Shown here: positions 1-13,338 of the stretch, in pieces
Numbering within the stretch: position 1 is the first letter of the stretch
Layout of the letters: every line of letters starts with the position of its first letter
Assembly (NCBI RefSeq): GCF_963921235.1
Contig: NC_086097.1
Location: forward strand, 166,906,001-166,970,000
Length of the DNA stretch: 64,000 bases
Direction: 5' to 3'
Origin: Mobula hypostoma
Lineage: Eukaryota
The notes under the pieces: generated by a model
Database searches by the model: none
What the model saw: the letters and a program-made list of their open reading frames with translations, nothing else
What the model was told of the DNA's origin: nothing
Program-made: the position numbers and the translations under genes

Positions 1-959
1 AGGCACAGCATCATTCAGGTCCACGAAGAGGCAGATATTTAACATATTATTTGAAGGCAAGTACAACAGCAGAGCTCTCACTCAGTATTGCACTATTGCG
101 CTGAAGTAACGACTAGGTACTCTGCTCCTCGGAGTGAGACTTCAGTCCAGACTTGAAGGCGAGAGCCAAAGTTGACACCTAATCACAAATTTGCTCTGAG
201 CAGATGGGGAGGGTAATAAGAGGGGCCACGTTATGTAATGCTCTAGAGAACAGAGTTAACAACAAATGTTGAGAATAATTAGCATACTTCAATGAGTGCT
301 CAATGCACAATAGGGTAATTGTTCATGGAAGGAGTTGCAATATACTCTGGCATCTATCTCAGTCTGACACTTAAGACACAGTTATAACAGATACTATTTA
401 TAAAACTGTCTGATCACACTGCCAACATTGAAGCAAATTTCCTTTAAAGATAGTTGCACACACTTGTTAACATGCCAGGGACTTCGAACAGATATTCTAT
501 TCATTGCTCTGTGATTTCCAAGGTATAAACCATTGACTTAACAACACAAGAACCACATCACAATTATAGAGCACAATACACAGTTGCAGCAAAAAATATA
601 CCTCGGGATTGCCTGACCCAAATTAGCATAAAAAAACAGTAAAACAATTCACTACTAAGACTGATAAATGCTAATGTGACATTTTATCTCAACTTTAGAA
701 TTAATATATTTGAGTGAATAGCTGTTGGAGGCATGGATAACTACGAGAAAATAGTTGGGCCACGTAGTTTTTAATATAATTAATTAAAATTAATTTGCAG
801 CTCTTCAGAAAATGAAGCAATCTATGCAGCAAGACCAAGATAACATTGAACTGTTGTATTATCAGTGTCAAGTAAGTGCCAAAAACTGCTGTATATTTTG
901 AACAATTCTAACCACTTATCCTTGCTATACAATAGCATTAGCCATGCTGGATACCCCAC

Positions 960-1520
960 CATCAACAGCCTTGGGGTCACCACTGACCAGAACTTCAAAT
1001 GTACCATCCACGTAACTACCATGTCTAGAAGAAAGTCGGAAAGCTTGCTCTCCTGTAATGAGTGTCTCATTTGAATCTCATGACATCCCAGATTCTTTCT
1101 GCCATCTACAAGCTAAAGGTATGTCAGAAGCATGATAGAACACTCTCTATTTGCATAATTGAAGCATCAACAACTCATCTGAAACTGTGCACTATCTAGA
1201 GCACAACAGCCCTCATTCACCTCCCTAAACATTCATTCCCTAGAGCACTAACACTCTATGGAAGTAATATATACCATCTTCAACATACACTGCAGTTACT
1301 TCTCTCAGGTCCTCTGTATGCACCTCCCAATGACAGTACCAAGAAAGGCAACATGCACAATGTCCTGACATAGAATATTTATTCCTTTTCTTTATGAACA
1401 CTAAGTCTAAAATCTAGAATTCACTACCCAACAGCACTGTGGGAATACGCTCAGCAGAAAGACTGACGATATTTTTGAAGCCAAATCACAATCTCCTTTT
1501 CAAAAACAACTGAGGATGGA
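960..1520 (+). mobile_element. Old degenerate LINE (CR1/L2-group) 3' fragment
   Basis: LGVTTDQNF-like RT C-terminal remnant followed by degenerate downstream LINE sequence. Confidence 0.5.
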
Positions 1521-2564
1521 CATTAAATGCCAGTAATGCCCACACCCTTAAAATTGAATAGATTTTAACAAGTGGGTACACCCCTCGAAAGATAGCACAC
1601 ACTGTTTGCAGTTCTCCTCACTGCAGCCAGATGAATCAGGTTATAGAATACCTATTATATTGAAATTGAAAAGAATACTTAAACAAGCTGATCTGACTAA
1701 AATGTGTAGCTGACAATGGGCAGACACAAATTTCTTTAATTGGTGCCAATGTGTTTCAATGCAACATAGAACTTGCTTCATTTTTGGAAAAGACCACGTT
1801 TACTCCAAAAGCACAAATTGAAATTACATGTAATCAAAACACTCAACCTGTGCAGAAAAACAGCTTCCAGAAGCAGACTAACTTTCCTTCAAGCTGAAAA
1901 GTGTGTCATTGGCCCAACAATTGCCCATTAACTACATTACATCAGAGCAGAAACCACTACATGCTCCCATCATTACTCACGTCATTCATTCAGCAAATAA
2001 TTAAAGCAAATTTATTCACAAGATAATTGCATTCTGCCATATAGACACAAAATTACCAAAGGTAATTCAGAAAACAATGAAGTAAGTAAGTGGTAGTTAT
2101 ACAGAGCTTTTCTAGAATGACCTCATGATATCTAATAACCTTTATATAGGAAATGCAGCTGGAAAATTCATTTCATAAGGTCTAACAAACAGAAAAAGAT
2201 AGTCATCATACCTATTTATAGAGTCATTAACATAGGCTTAAAATTAGGGAAATACCCATATTCTTCCTCTGATAGGTTTTTGGGATCGTTTGGTGTCCTC
2301 AGGAGAGACAGATAGTGTATCAATTTAAGGAACTCTATCCTTCAATCAACAGCTAAAACATCTTGTCGATATGATAATGCTCTTTATTAACTTGGCTGTG
2401 CATGAATATATATCTACATTTCCCTCATTACAGAAGTGTCATCTCTTCAAACACACTACTCTTTTCTTCCCTCCTCCTCTCTCTCCTTCCTTCTCAGTCT
2501 TTATCTTTCTTCTTTTCTTTTTTGCTCTGTCTTTTTGCTTGTCCATCTTTTTGTCAAACACCTA

Positions 2565-4279
2565 AAGTGGTGCTAGAAAGGTTGTAAGCTCTGTAGAAAT
2601 TTTTCTATTTCTGCATAAATATAACCTAAAATGTGATCAGATCTTCATGTAAGTCCTAAAGCTAGATAAAGTGAACCAAATTAAATAAACAACACAAAAA
2701 ACATTACACTTATTCATTTATTTATCGAGAAAAATGATCCAATATTAGGTGTATTTGTTGGAAAAAGGATGTGAACCTTTGCTTTCAGTGACTTATATGA
2801 CCCCCCTGTACAGCAATAACTTCAACCAAACATTTTTGGTAGCTGTTGATCAGACCTGCACATCAGCTTGGAGGAATTTTTGGCCATTACTCCTTACAAA
2901 GCTGTTTTACCTCAGGGATGTTGGTGGGCTTCCTTGCATGAACTGCTTGCTTCAGGTCCTTCCACAATATTTCTATAGGATTAAGGTCAGGACTTTGACT
3001 CAGCCATTCCAAAAAACAAATTTTCTTCTCTTTACACCATTCTGTTGTTGATTTTCTCTTGTCTTTTAGATCATTGTCTTGTTGCATTATCCAACTTCTA
3101 TTAAACTTCAGGTGACTAACTGCTACCCTGACATTCTCCTGTAAAATATCTTGATACAATTTTGAATTCATTGCTCCCTCAACGATTTCAAGCTGTCCAG
3201 GCCTTGAGGAAGCAAAGCAGCCCCAAACCATGATGCTCCTTCCACCGTGCTTCACAGTTGGGATGAGGTTTTGGTGTTGATGTGCAGTGCCCTTTTTCCT
3301 CCAAACATAGCGGTGTGCATTTCTGTCAAAAAGTTCAACTTTTGTCTCATCTGTCCATAGTACATTGTCCCAGAAGTGCTGTGGAACATCAAGGTAATCT
3401 TTTGCAAACTTGAGACATGCTGTAATGTTTTTTTTTATGGAGAGCTATGGTTACATCCATGGTGTCCTTCCATGAACACTATTTAAGTTCAGTGTTTTTC
3501 TTGTAGTGGACACATGAACAGAGACTTTAGCAAGTTCTGGAGATTTCTGCAGGTCTTTTCTGTTACCCTTGGGTTCCTTATCCACCTCCTTCAGCATTGC
3601 ACATTGTGCTCTTGGTGTGATCTTTACAGGATGCCCACTCCTGGGGAGAGTAGCAACAGTACTGAGTTTTCTCCACTTGTAGACAATTTCTTTTACTGTT
3701 GACTGATGAACACTCAGGTCTTTAGAAATGCTTTTGTAGCCTTTTCTAGCTTGATGCATCTCTGTGATTCTTCTTCTATGGTCCTCTGAAAGTTGTTTTG
3801 ATAGAGGCATGGTTACATGAACAGATCTTTCCTGAGAAGAGCAGGCTCTGTCAGTAACCTGATTTGTCTGACTTTTTAAAAGGGCAGGGCACCTCTACAA
3901 CCCATACCTCCAATCTCATCAACACGAGGAAATCTGCAGATGCTGGAATTTCAAGCAACACACATAAAAGATGCTGGTGAATGCAGCAGGCCAGGCAGCA
4001 TCTATAGGAAGAGGTATAGTCGACATTTCGGGCTGAGACCCTTCGTCAGGACTAACTGAAAGAAGAGATAGTAAGATATTTGAAAGTGGCAGGGGGAGGG
4101 GGAGATCCAAAATGATAGGAGGAGACAGGAGGAGGAGGGATGGAGCCTAAGAGCTGGAAAGTTGATTGGCAAAAGGGATATGAGAGGATCATGGTACGGG
4201 AGACCTAGGGAGAAAGAAAGGGGGGGGGCGGCGGGGAAGCCCAGAGGATGTATAGTGAGAGGGACAGAGGGAGAAAAAG

Positions 4280-4312
<33 letters not shown>

Positions 4313-4714
4313 AGAATAAATAAATAAATAAATAAATAACGGATGGGGGTACGAAGGGGAGGTGGGGCATTAACGGAAGAAGTCAATGTTCATGCCATCA
4401 GGTTGGAGGCTACCCAGACCGAATATAAGATGTTGTTCCTCCAATCTCATCTCATTGATTGGAACACCTCACTTCAAATAGCTTTTGTCGAAGGCATTAC
4501 CCCAAAGATTCACATACTTTTCCCAACAAATACATGTAATATTGGATAATTTTTCTCAATAAATGAACAAAAAGATATATTTTTTGTATGTTATTTATTT
4601 AATTGGGTTCTCTTTATCTTGTTTTAGGACTCACATGAAGGTCATCACATTTTAGGTCATATTTATGCAGAAAAATAAAATTCTACAGGATTCACAAACT
4701 TTCTTGCACCTCTG
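2565..4714 (-). mobile_element. Tc1-family DNA transposon (DD34E, long TIRs), defective, interrupted by a Penelope-like insertion
   Basis: TA flanks at 2563-64 and 4715-16. TIRs of ~210 bp (aagtggtgctagaaag... / ...ctttcttgcacctctg). Transposase pieces at 3451-3810 (HTH) and 2887-3255 (KHGGRSIMVWGCF, QQDN-34aa-E, SPDLNPIE). Confidence 0.95.
3921..4437 (-). mobile_element. 5'-truncated Penelope-like (Neptune-like) retroelement 3' end nested in Tc1
   Basis: Same family as the GIY-YIG-bearing copy at 34335-35848. 14-bp TSD cctccaatctcatc at 3907-3920 and 4438-4451. Hammerhead motif at ~4017-4054. Confidence 0.9.
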
Positions 4715-4716
4715 TA

Positions 4717-5906
4717 TGTCAGGATGCTGTTCACTGACTGTAGCGTAGCATTTCACACCATCATTCCTATAGTCCTGATCATAAAGCTACAGAACATGGG
4801 TTTCTGTACCTCCTTCTGCAATTGCATCCTCAACTTCCCAACTGGAAGACCGGAATATGTATAGATTGGTAATAACATAGCCTCTTCACTGACGATCAAC
4901 ACTGACGCATGTCGGGGATGCGTGCTTAGCAAATTGCTCTACGCCCTCTATACTCATGACTGTGTGACTTGGAATAGCTCAAATGCCATTTATAAATTTG
5001 CTGATGATACAACCATTGTTGGCAGATCTTAGACAGAGATGAGAGTGTGTACAGGAGTGAGATAGCCAGCTAGCTGAGTGCTGTCTCAACAACAACCTTG
5101 CACTCAACGTCAGTAAGACGAAAGAGCTGATTGTGAACCTCAGGAAGGGTAAGACAGAGGAACACTTATGAATCTGCCTAGAAGGATCAGAAGTGGAGAG
5201 AGTGAGCAATTTCAAGTTCCTGGGTGTCAAGATCTCTGAGGATCTAATCTGGTTGCAGTATATGGACGCAGCTACAAAGAAGGCAAGACAGTGGCTGTAT
5301 TTCATTAGGAGTTTGAAGACAGTTGATTTGTCACCCAAAACACTTGAAAACTTCTACAGATGTACCATGGAGAACATTGGAACATTCTGACAGACTGCAT
5401 CACTGTCTGGTATTGGGGGGAGGGTGGTTACTGCACAGGATCAAAGGAAGATACAGAAAGCTGTAAAATTAGTCAGCTCCATCTTGGGTACTAGCCTCTG
5501 TAGCATCCAAGACATCTTCAAGGAGCGGTGCCTCAGAAAGTTGGTGTCCATTATTGAGCTGATTATACCCATCACCCAGGACATGCCTTCTTCTCATTGT
5601 TACCATCAGAAAGGAGGTATAGAAGCCTGAAGGCACACACTCAGCGATTTAGGGAGAACTTCTTCCATTCTGCCATCCCACTTCTAAATGGACTTTGAAC
5701 CCATAAACACTACCTCACTACTTTTTTGTTATTACTGTTTTGGCACTATTTTTAATTTAACTATTTAATATACGTATATGTACTTATCGTAATTGATTTA
5801 TTTTTTGTATAGTTTTCTATATTATCAGGTATTGCATTGCACTGCTGCCACTAAGCTAACAAATTTCACGACACATGCTGGTGATACTAAACCTGATTCT
5901 GATTCG
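4717..5906 (+). mobile_element. Rex1/Babar-like LINE, 5'-truncated RT and 3' end
   Basis: Degenerate VRMLF..., GCVLS, YTHDCV, YKFADDTTIVG and ERVSNFKFLGV motifs; ends in a (gattct)n tail. Confidence 0.88.
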
Positions 5907-6676
5907 TTATTACTTTCATGTATTTTTCCTCTCTTTCTGTTTTTATCACTTTCATTCACACTATCCACATCTTTCAATCCTTTCCCCTAGGTCAGGTTTT
6001 CCAGTTCATAAAAACCCTCTAACCACAAAGCTGTAACATTTTCTTTATTTGATTCATAAGGTCAGCTCACCACAGAATGAACACATTGTACTTTAAGGAA
6101 GATGTTTAATTAAACTCTAAGCAGATTCAATTAATTTCTAAGTACAAGAAGACAAGATATTCTTGATAAGGTCACAGCTGCACAAACAGCTGAAATGCCA
6201 CTTCTAGCCCTACTTACAGGGGGAGAAATTCTTGCAAGTAGTTATGTCACAAATATCTTACCTGTCAACAAATATAATTGATTTGAAAGCAGAGAATAAC
6301 ATCTTGTAATATTTCAACCAAAGATTCTTAGGCATTTCACAAAAAAAATCCTTCTTGCCTCCAAGTGGTAATGAAGTGTCTGAACTGGTTCTGCAACTTA
6401 CATTGTCTCTGTCTAATAAGTCATTCAAAATCATAGATTGTCCTCGTCTATTAATACTACCTCATCATAAACTGCAGCAGTAAGAGCATTATAACTCACT
6501 CATAAATCCAAATTATTTAACAACACTGATATACAGGTTTGAGTGAGACAACCACACTAACTGTAATGTTCGCGGATATAAATTTTGTAACTGCAAGTAT
6601 TAAATCAGTGTTATAAATAAGACGGAAGTGAATGAGTAAAATTCACTTTGTCTTCTTGACAAATTATTGTGTGTGT

Positions 6677-6837
6677 GAGGGGGAGAGAGGGGGAGAGAGG
6701 GGGGAGAGAGGGGGGAGAGAGGGGGAGAGAGGGGGAGAGGGGGGGAGAGGGGGGAGAGGGGGGAGAGGGGGGAGAGGGGGGAGAGGGGGGGAGAGGGGGG
6801 AGAGGGGGGGGGAGAGAGAGGGGGAGAGAGAGGGGGA
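6677..6837. repeat. Pure-purine (G5-7 AGA/AGAGA)n microsatellite
   Basis: 161 consecutive bases of only G and A in 9-10-nt units. Confidence 0.97.
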
Positions 6838-6944
6838 CTAACCAACCTTCAAAAATGTTAAATTGTAAGGGATATATTTCATGCAATAGGTCTGAAAGAA
6901 ATGAATATTAAGATCTATAATAAATGATTAATGATATTCTACTG

Positions 6945-7460
6945 AGTTATAGAAACAGAAGCACACAGTACAAGATAAGGCCCTTTGGCCCACTGTGTCT
7001 GTGCTGACCATCATGCCAAATTCAACAAATTCCTTCATATGGCAGTTATCCCTCTATTCCCTGCAGGTTCATGTGTCTGTCCAAATGCCTCTTAAATATT
7101 GTTTTCATATTTGCTTCTACTACTTCTCTTAGTGGCACATTCTAGTCATCTACCAACATGGGTAAATAAAAACCATCTTGCAAATCTCCTTTAAGTATTC
7201 CCCTTCCCATCGTAATCCCACACGCTCTAGTATTTGACATTTGCACCCTGTGAAAAACTACTTTGACCATCCTGTGTCTGTAATAATTCTATATTCTTCT
7301 CCTCTTAGCCTCCAGCACTCTAACGAAAACATTTCAAGTTTGTCCTTACAGCTATTACACTCCAGTCTAGGCAACATCTTTGTCAATCTCTTCCGCACCC
7401 TCTCATATTTGCTATGTTTCTTTTTAATGGAATCTTCCCCTTCTTATAAGACTCTAAGAT
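6945..7460 (-). mobile_element. CR1-like LINE 3' fragment
   Basis: Reverse complement of the CR1 3' end seen elsewhere in the window (ggccctttggcccac...). Confidence 0.65.
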
Positions 7461-8919
7461 GATGTCATAGGGCCACAGAGCATGGAGTCCACTCCATTCA
7501 TTAAACACCCACTTACACTGATCCCACACTAACCCCACTATATTCTCCCTGTATTCCAATCAACTGTCTCCAGAATCTACCACTCACCAACACTCTAGGA
7601 AAAACTTGCGGGGAAATTAACTTGTTAACCCATATACTGTATCTTTGGGATGTGGGAGCAAACTAGAGCATTCAGGGAAAACAAAGTCAGTTATCTTAGC
7701 ATCCGTCTTGCTTGTTAGCATTCTTGGAAAGTTCCTCAGAATGTGATCATGTAAAAGGCACAACACAAATTTATTTTCTTGTTTTGCTAATACAAGTACT
7801 TAATACACCTTACTCTCACAACAACTGTGCATAATGTTACGAGCTCGAGATCAAATAATACATCTTTTCATAACTGCATTATTAAAATATGCACATGCTT
7901 AAGTATAGTTTTAATATTTTTGCAGGATAACATTTATATGAAATGCCTTTTGTTTTAAAGTGTATAATTTGCATAGTTTGATCTGTGTGAGTTGATCCCT
8001 GTTTGAAACATGCTTTATTACCAGACTAATTTCATCAATTCCACAAGATGTTTAAGGCATTATTTCTATTTTTTGACCTACGCTATAAAGCCCGTACAAT
8101 TCTTCAATGTATTATTATGGAAGCTGGCTGAAATTCTTCGCGCAGTTTCAGCGAACACGTCCTTGTGCCAAGTACTTGCAGCAGTTTATAACACAGTTGG
8201 CTTCTGTTAAGCAACTGATATTTGCCAAAAAATAACTTATTTATTTTCTGAGACACATTCACTTCACAGGAATTCTCATTCAACTATTAGCATGACCTGT
8301 GTGTGTCTGGATTCCTGGCACACCTTTATGTGGATACACCGTTTTTCAAGATGTGTTTTTCTTGAGCCTAAATTATTTTACCCTGCATTCTTCCGGTGGG
8401 AAAGTCAACAAAATCTGGTGGCATTGCTGGATCCACATAGAAATATATGCTGAATAAGTGCCAGTGTCCTTAAGATGTCAAATCATCAGCAAAATTTCTT
8501 TGCCCACACTGTGTTTGATGGGCCCAGAAATCATGTCATTAACTGATTCTGTGCAAAAGAGCTTTGCCATACTTTTACATATACCATTCGGTAATTGCTG
8601 TGTCAGAAGTGGACATCAAAGTTTTGCTCCAAATGTCCTGTCTGTACGATCGTTATATCCCACCTCACCAATCCTTGTGACCAGGTTCTTTGGCCCATCT
8701 TACTTTCCTGCCAACTGTTTTCATGATCCCTTCCCTGCACTCCATTATTTCCTTCTGACTGCTTCACTCCACACCTGCTGCCATTGATCATCTCCCCTTC
8801 AGCCAATTGTTTGTCCTACTACACTGACTCCTGCGTTATTACCCAAACTGAACCCCAGGCTATTTCCCTAACCAACTCCTCCAATCCTTTCCACCTTAAC
8901 CAAAGCTCTCCAACCACCA

Positions 8920-8955
8920 CCTACAAGGATTCTGCAGATGCTGGAAACCTTGAGC

Positions 8956-9003
<48 letters not shown>

Positions 9004-9350
9004 ACTGGAGGACCTCAGCAAGTCAGGCAGCATCCGTGGATGGGGATGAAAAGTCCATGTTTTAGGCTGAAACCCTTCATCGGGACTGGAAAGGAAGGGG
9101 TAAGAAGCCAGCATAAGTAGGTGGGAGGGGAAGGAGGATAAGCTGGCAGGTGATAGGTGAGACCAGGTGAGGGGTAGGGGTGTGGAGTATGCAGCTGGGA
9201 GGTGATAGATGGCAAAGGTAAAGAGCTGAAGAGGGACTCTAATGGGAGAGAACATGGACTACAGAAGATAGGAAAGAAGCAGGGGAACCAAAGGTACATA
9301 ATTGGGCACTTGAGGAAGAGTGAAAGGGGAACCAGAATGGGGAAAAGTAA
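8920..9350 (-). mobile_element. Penelope-like 3' fragment with expanded (CA)n
   Basis: gattctgcagatgctggaa terminus, degenerate hammerhead at ~9050-9088, (CA)n at ~8957-8998. Confidence 0.8.
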
Positions 9351-10029
9351 AATTCAGGGACAAATGGAATCTCCTTCCATTTCTGTTCACTCTTGATGTT
9401 AATTCTTCCATCATTGGCACTAAGGTTACATATTCGCTACTTTTGTATTTAGTACCCTAACTAATGAAGGCCAATATTTCATACACCTTCCTAACCATAT
9501 TGTCTAACTGCATCACCACCTTCAAGAATCTTTGGACTTACACTCTGAGTTACCTCTGTTCCTCCATACTGCCCAAGACCCTATGATTCATGGTGTTTAT
9601 CCTAGCTCACATTATTACTATGATGAGCAAAGTACACTTTGGAAGTAAATTAACTTATTACAAACACCCCTTAGCCTAGTCACCCTCAACATTCTAGGTC
9701 AACATGCTCCAACTACACAGATTCCTCGACTAATCTCCAGTCACTCATTTCCAAACTTTCCTAACTAGCCCAGCACACTCTCCACAGGGACAACCACCCT
9801 GATCAGTTGAAATCTGCTGGATTTCCTTTCTGTGTGCTCTCTCTGCAAAGAGAAAGTCTTTCTGTGAAGTGTCTTCAGTGGCAGGATCTCTAACACATAT
9901 TGTTTCCCTCATTGCAACTCCTCCCTTGGCATTCATATTCAAGGCCAAAATCTCAGCGGCACCCACAGTTGAAGTAGGTTTCTAACTGTCCAGAGAGCCC
10001 CAAGGCACCGAGGTGGGCACCGCTGCCCC

Positions 10030-10140
10030 AACCCGGGTTCAATCCTGATTTCCAGTGCTGTACATGTGGAACTTACACATTCTTTCTGTGACCACACGTG
10101 CTTTCCCCAGGTATTCTGATTTCCTCCCACATCGCAAAGC
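10030..10140 (+). mobile_element. tRNA-derived SINE fragment (V-SINE-like)
   Basis: B-box-like gggttcaatcc followed by a degenerate V-type core (tgtggaactt...ttcctcccacatc). Confidence 0.6.
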
Positions 10141-10242
10141 AACCGGGGACAGGAGCAGAGCGGGCAGCAACATTGTGTGTGTGAGTGTGAGAGACAGAGA
10201 ATGAGAAACAGTGCTCAAGTTTATTGTTGTCGTCGGTATGTA

Positions 10243-10879
10243 CGAGGGGTGATTGATAAGTTGGTGGCCTAGGGTAGGAGTCAACTTTAGAAAGCCTAGC
10301 ACATTTATTTTTCCTACATTTACACACTTAGTCCAGCGGTCCTGGAGTATATGGATCCCTTCTTTGTAGAAGTCAGCGTCTTGGACCTCCAGAAGTGGTC
10401 CACAGCAGGGGTGATTGATAAGTTTTTGGTCCAAGGTAGAAGGAGATGAGTTATTAACTTCAAACTTCCTGCATTTTCACGCAAAGAATTGAACTGCATG
10501 TGCATGTAACAAGAGCTGTATGACTCATCTCCTTCTACCTAAGGCCATGAACTTATCAATCACCCCTGCTGTGGATCACCTGGAGGTCCAAGATGCTCTC
10601 GTTACATGCAGTTCAACTCTCTGAGTGATAATGCAGAAAGTTTGAAGTTAATAACTCATTGCCTTCTACCTTAGGCCTTGAACTTATCAATCACCCCTGC
10701 TGTGGACCACTTCTGGAGGTCCAAGACGCCGACTTCTACAAAGAAGGGATCCGTATGTTCCATGACCGCTGGACTAAGTGTGTACATGTAGGAGGGGACT
10801 ATGTTGAAAAATAAATATGCTAGGTTTTCTAAAATTTACTCCTTCTATCTTAGGCCACGAACTTATCAATCACCCCTCG
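10243..10879. mobile_element. Palindromic mariner-derived MITE (637 bp)
   Basis: TA flanks at 10241-42 and 10880-81. Termini cgaggggtgattgataagtt / aacttatcaatcacccctcg. Both arms encode a mariner transposase C-terminus (EVQDADFYKEGI...DRWTKCV.VGGDYVEK*). Confidence 0.92.
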
Positions 10880-11815
10880 TATATATGCATATATACCTGC
10901 ATTTGAGTGCAAGTGTGTGTGTGCGTGCATACCTACAAAAATCCATCCGCTGTAGAGGAACAGAAAAGGGCAAGAGTGATAAACATAATATTGGATGGGA
11001 ATAATGACTTACTGTTGGTTCCCACTGAAATTGTGAAATCGTTTCCTGTTTATTTAAGGCAGAGAATTATGTGCAAGATCATTCTGCATTTTGCTGAATT
11101 CTCTACCCACTGACTTTAATGAGCAGAAAATTAATAATCTATGGAACAGTGTGCTCTAATATCAATGGTCAGTTCGTTAATCCATGTCCCTGTTGAGCGA
11201 GGCTCTCAACCAGGAACTATCCCTGAGCTGCACTGTCAAAAGTACAGCAAAAACGAGCTAGATACACGGTGCCAGTGTATGAGACCGCACCCTTGTATAA
11301 ATCACTTCTTTGAAAGAAAGTATACAAGCATTTCACTGAGAGCATCATCATTCATTCCAAGTAAATTTAAACCTCAAACCTCCCCTTCACTCACAACTCC
11401 AATACATGAGATCTTAATGGTCTGCCTTCCATCTAGAAGTCTTTACAGGTGATAAATCTGGGAGGATTGTAAATATTGAATGACCTGAGGATAGCATATT
11501 TTACCATGAGAATTCAAAGGGAAAGCAAATGTGAACCTGAAACCTATACAACATCTGCTGTCCAATATTTATAACAGATTGTATCAGTGCTTATTCAAAG
11601 AAACCACAAGGAACAATTAGCATAAATTTAGAAGTAACAGATCTTGCTCCATTAATTTTTAGAATTTCTGGAACTGATTTCTTCACAATGACGACAATCA
11701 AAATGCACAGATGATGCAATATTTAGCCTATCAAGACAAAGCACAGAAACCAATTAGTTCCAATTTGCCTCTTCCCAAAACTCTGCAATTTATTTTTCTC
11801 CCCAGGTATTTATCA

Positions 11816-12358
11816 ATACTGATTGGCACTTTATTAAGTACCCCCTATACCTAATAAATACGCCACTTAGTGTATATTCATGGTCTTCAGCTGCTGTAGC
11901 CCATCCACTTCGAGGTTCGATGCATAATGAATTCAGAAATGCTCTTCTGCTGTAATGCATGGTTATTTGCGTTGCTGTCATCTTTCTGTCAGCTTTTGTG
12001 GCCATTCTCCTCTAACCTCTCTCACTTATACTGTGTTTTCTCCCACAGAACTGCCGCTCACTGGCTGTTTGTTGTTTTACACACCATTCTCTGTAAACTT
12101 TAGAGAGTGTTGTGTATGAAAACTCCAGGAGGCCTGCAGCTTCTGAGATACTCAATCCACCCCATCTGGCACCAATAATCATCGACAGTCAGTCACTTAG
12201 ACCACATTTCTTACCCATTCTGATGTTTGATCTGAACAACAGAATTTCTTGACCATGCTTGCATGCTTATATGCACTGAGTTGATGCCATATGATTGGCT
12301 GATTATAGATTTGCATCAATGAGGTGTACAGGTGTACCTAATAAAATGGCCACTTGTG
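11816..12358 (-). mobile_element. Non-autonomous, internally deleted Tc1-like element
   Basis: Degenerate TIRs ggcactttattaagtac / gtacctaataaaatggccac; transposase remnant ADRKMTATQIT.HY on the minus strand. Confidence 0.75.
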
Positions 12359-13106
12359 TACTCTTGTGTAAGTTATTAATTAACCTACTTCCTTTCTATC
12401 TTGTTATTCATAATCATAAAAACTAACCACTTGAAGCAATGGCTGTCTGCCCAACAACTTCTCGGATACAGAAATAAGCAAGTAGGAGACATTGGAATCT
12501 TAGAATCATTTGAAGAATGGTTTCATTTTTCTTCTGACTCCAACTTTTAATACATTACCTTTCTCTTTGTTTCCCTTTCTAAACTAAAGTTACTGGGTAT
12601 ATTTAAAGCAAAGGATGATAAGTTCTTGATTAGTAAGATCCTCAAAGGTTATGGGAAGAAAGCAGAGAATGGGGTTGACAGGGAAATAAATCAGCTATGA
12701 TGAAATGGTAAAGCAGACACTGTAGGCCGATTTGCCTAATTCTACTCCTATATCTTATGGTATTAACTTAATTCGACCTCTGTTAATTAGCCTTCCTGTT
12801 GTTTATTTCCCAATCTTTAAAAGTAAGTCTGGTTGCTTTCTCTACTCACTCAGGATCCAGAAACACTTTGAGCAGCTTTGTGGACAAAAGCTTTGAAGGA
12901 TGCAATACAACTACCTTTGGGCTATCCTGCTAAGACAAGTTGTGGCACCACACTCAAGATCGTCTTATTGAACATAAAGCTCCTCTACGGGTATTGTAAT
13001 ATCGCATGGTATTTAGAGATACTGCTTAACAAGAAAGAAAATCAGTAACACACATAAAAGTTGCTGGTGAACACAACAGGCCAGGTAGCATCTCTGGGAA
13101 GAGGTA

Positions 13107-13144
13107 CAGTCGACGTTTCGGGCCGAGACCCTTCTTCAGGACTA
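13107..13144 (-). ncRNA. Minimal type I hammerhead ribozyme motif (mirror copy)
   Basis: Minus strand reads uaguc-CUGAAGA-AGGGucucggCCC-GAAAC-GUC-gacug. Confidence 0.8.
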
Positions 13145-13300
13145 ACTGAAGGAAGACTGAGTAAGGGATTTGAAAGTGGAAGGTGAAGGGGGAGATCCAA
13201 AATGATAGAAGACAGGAGGGGAGGGCCTCCTGTCTTCTATCATTTTGGATCTCCCCCTTCACCTTCCACTTTCAAATCTCTTACTAGCTCTTCTTTCAGT

Positions 13301-13338
13301 TAGTCCTGACGAAGGGTCTCGGCCCGAAACGTCGACTG
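13301..13338 (+). ncRNA. Minimal type I hammerhead ribozyme motif (Penelope-associated)
   Basis: uaguc-CUGACGA-A-GGG ucucgg CCC-GAAAC-GUC-gacug. Conserved core boxes, stem II, stem I UAGUC/GACUG, predicted cleavage after GUC (13333). Confidence 0.8.

Noticed and set aside
6401..6470. Candidate minus-strand exon (ctgcag...gtaagt; YDEVVLIDEDNL)
   Set aside because: Stop codons interrupt the frames examined and the acceptor is weak.
6600..6911. Proline-rich and Gly/Arg/Glu-rich ORFs on both strands
   Set aside because: They are translations of the G/A microsatellite.
10243..10879. CRISPR-like array of repeated 18-mers
   Set aside because: The copies are in both orientations with irregular spacing and are mariner TIRs; the context is eukaryotic with no cas genes.
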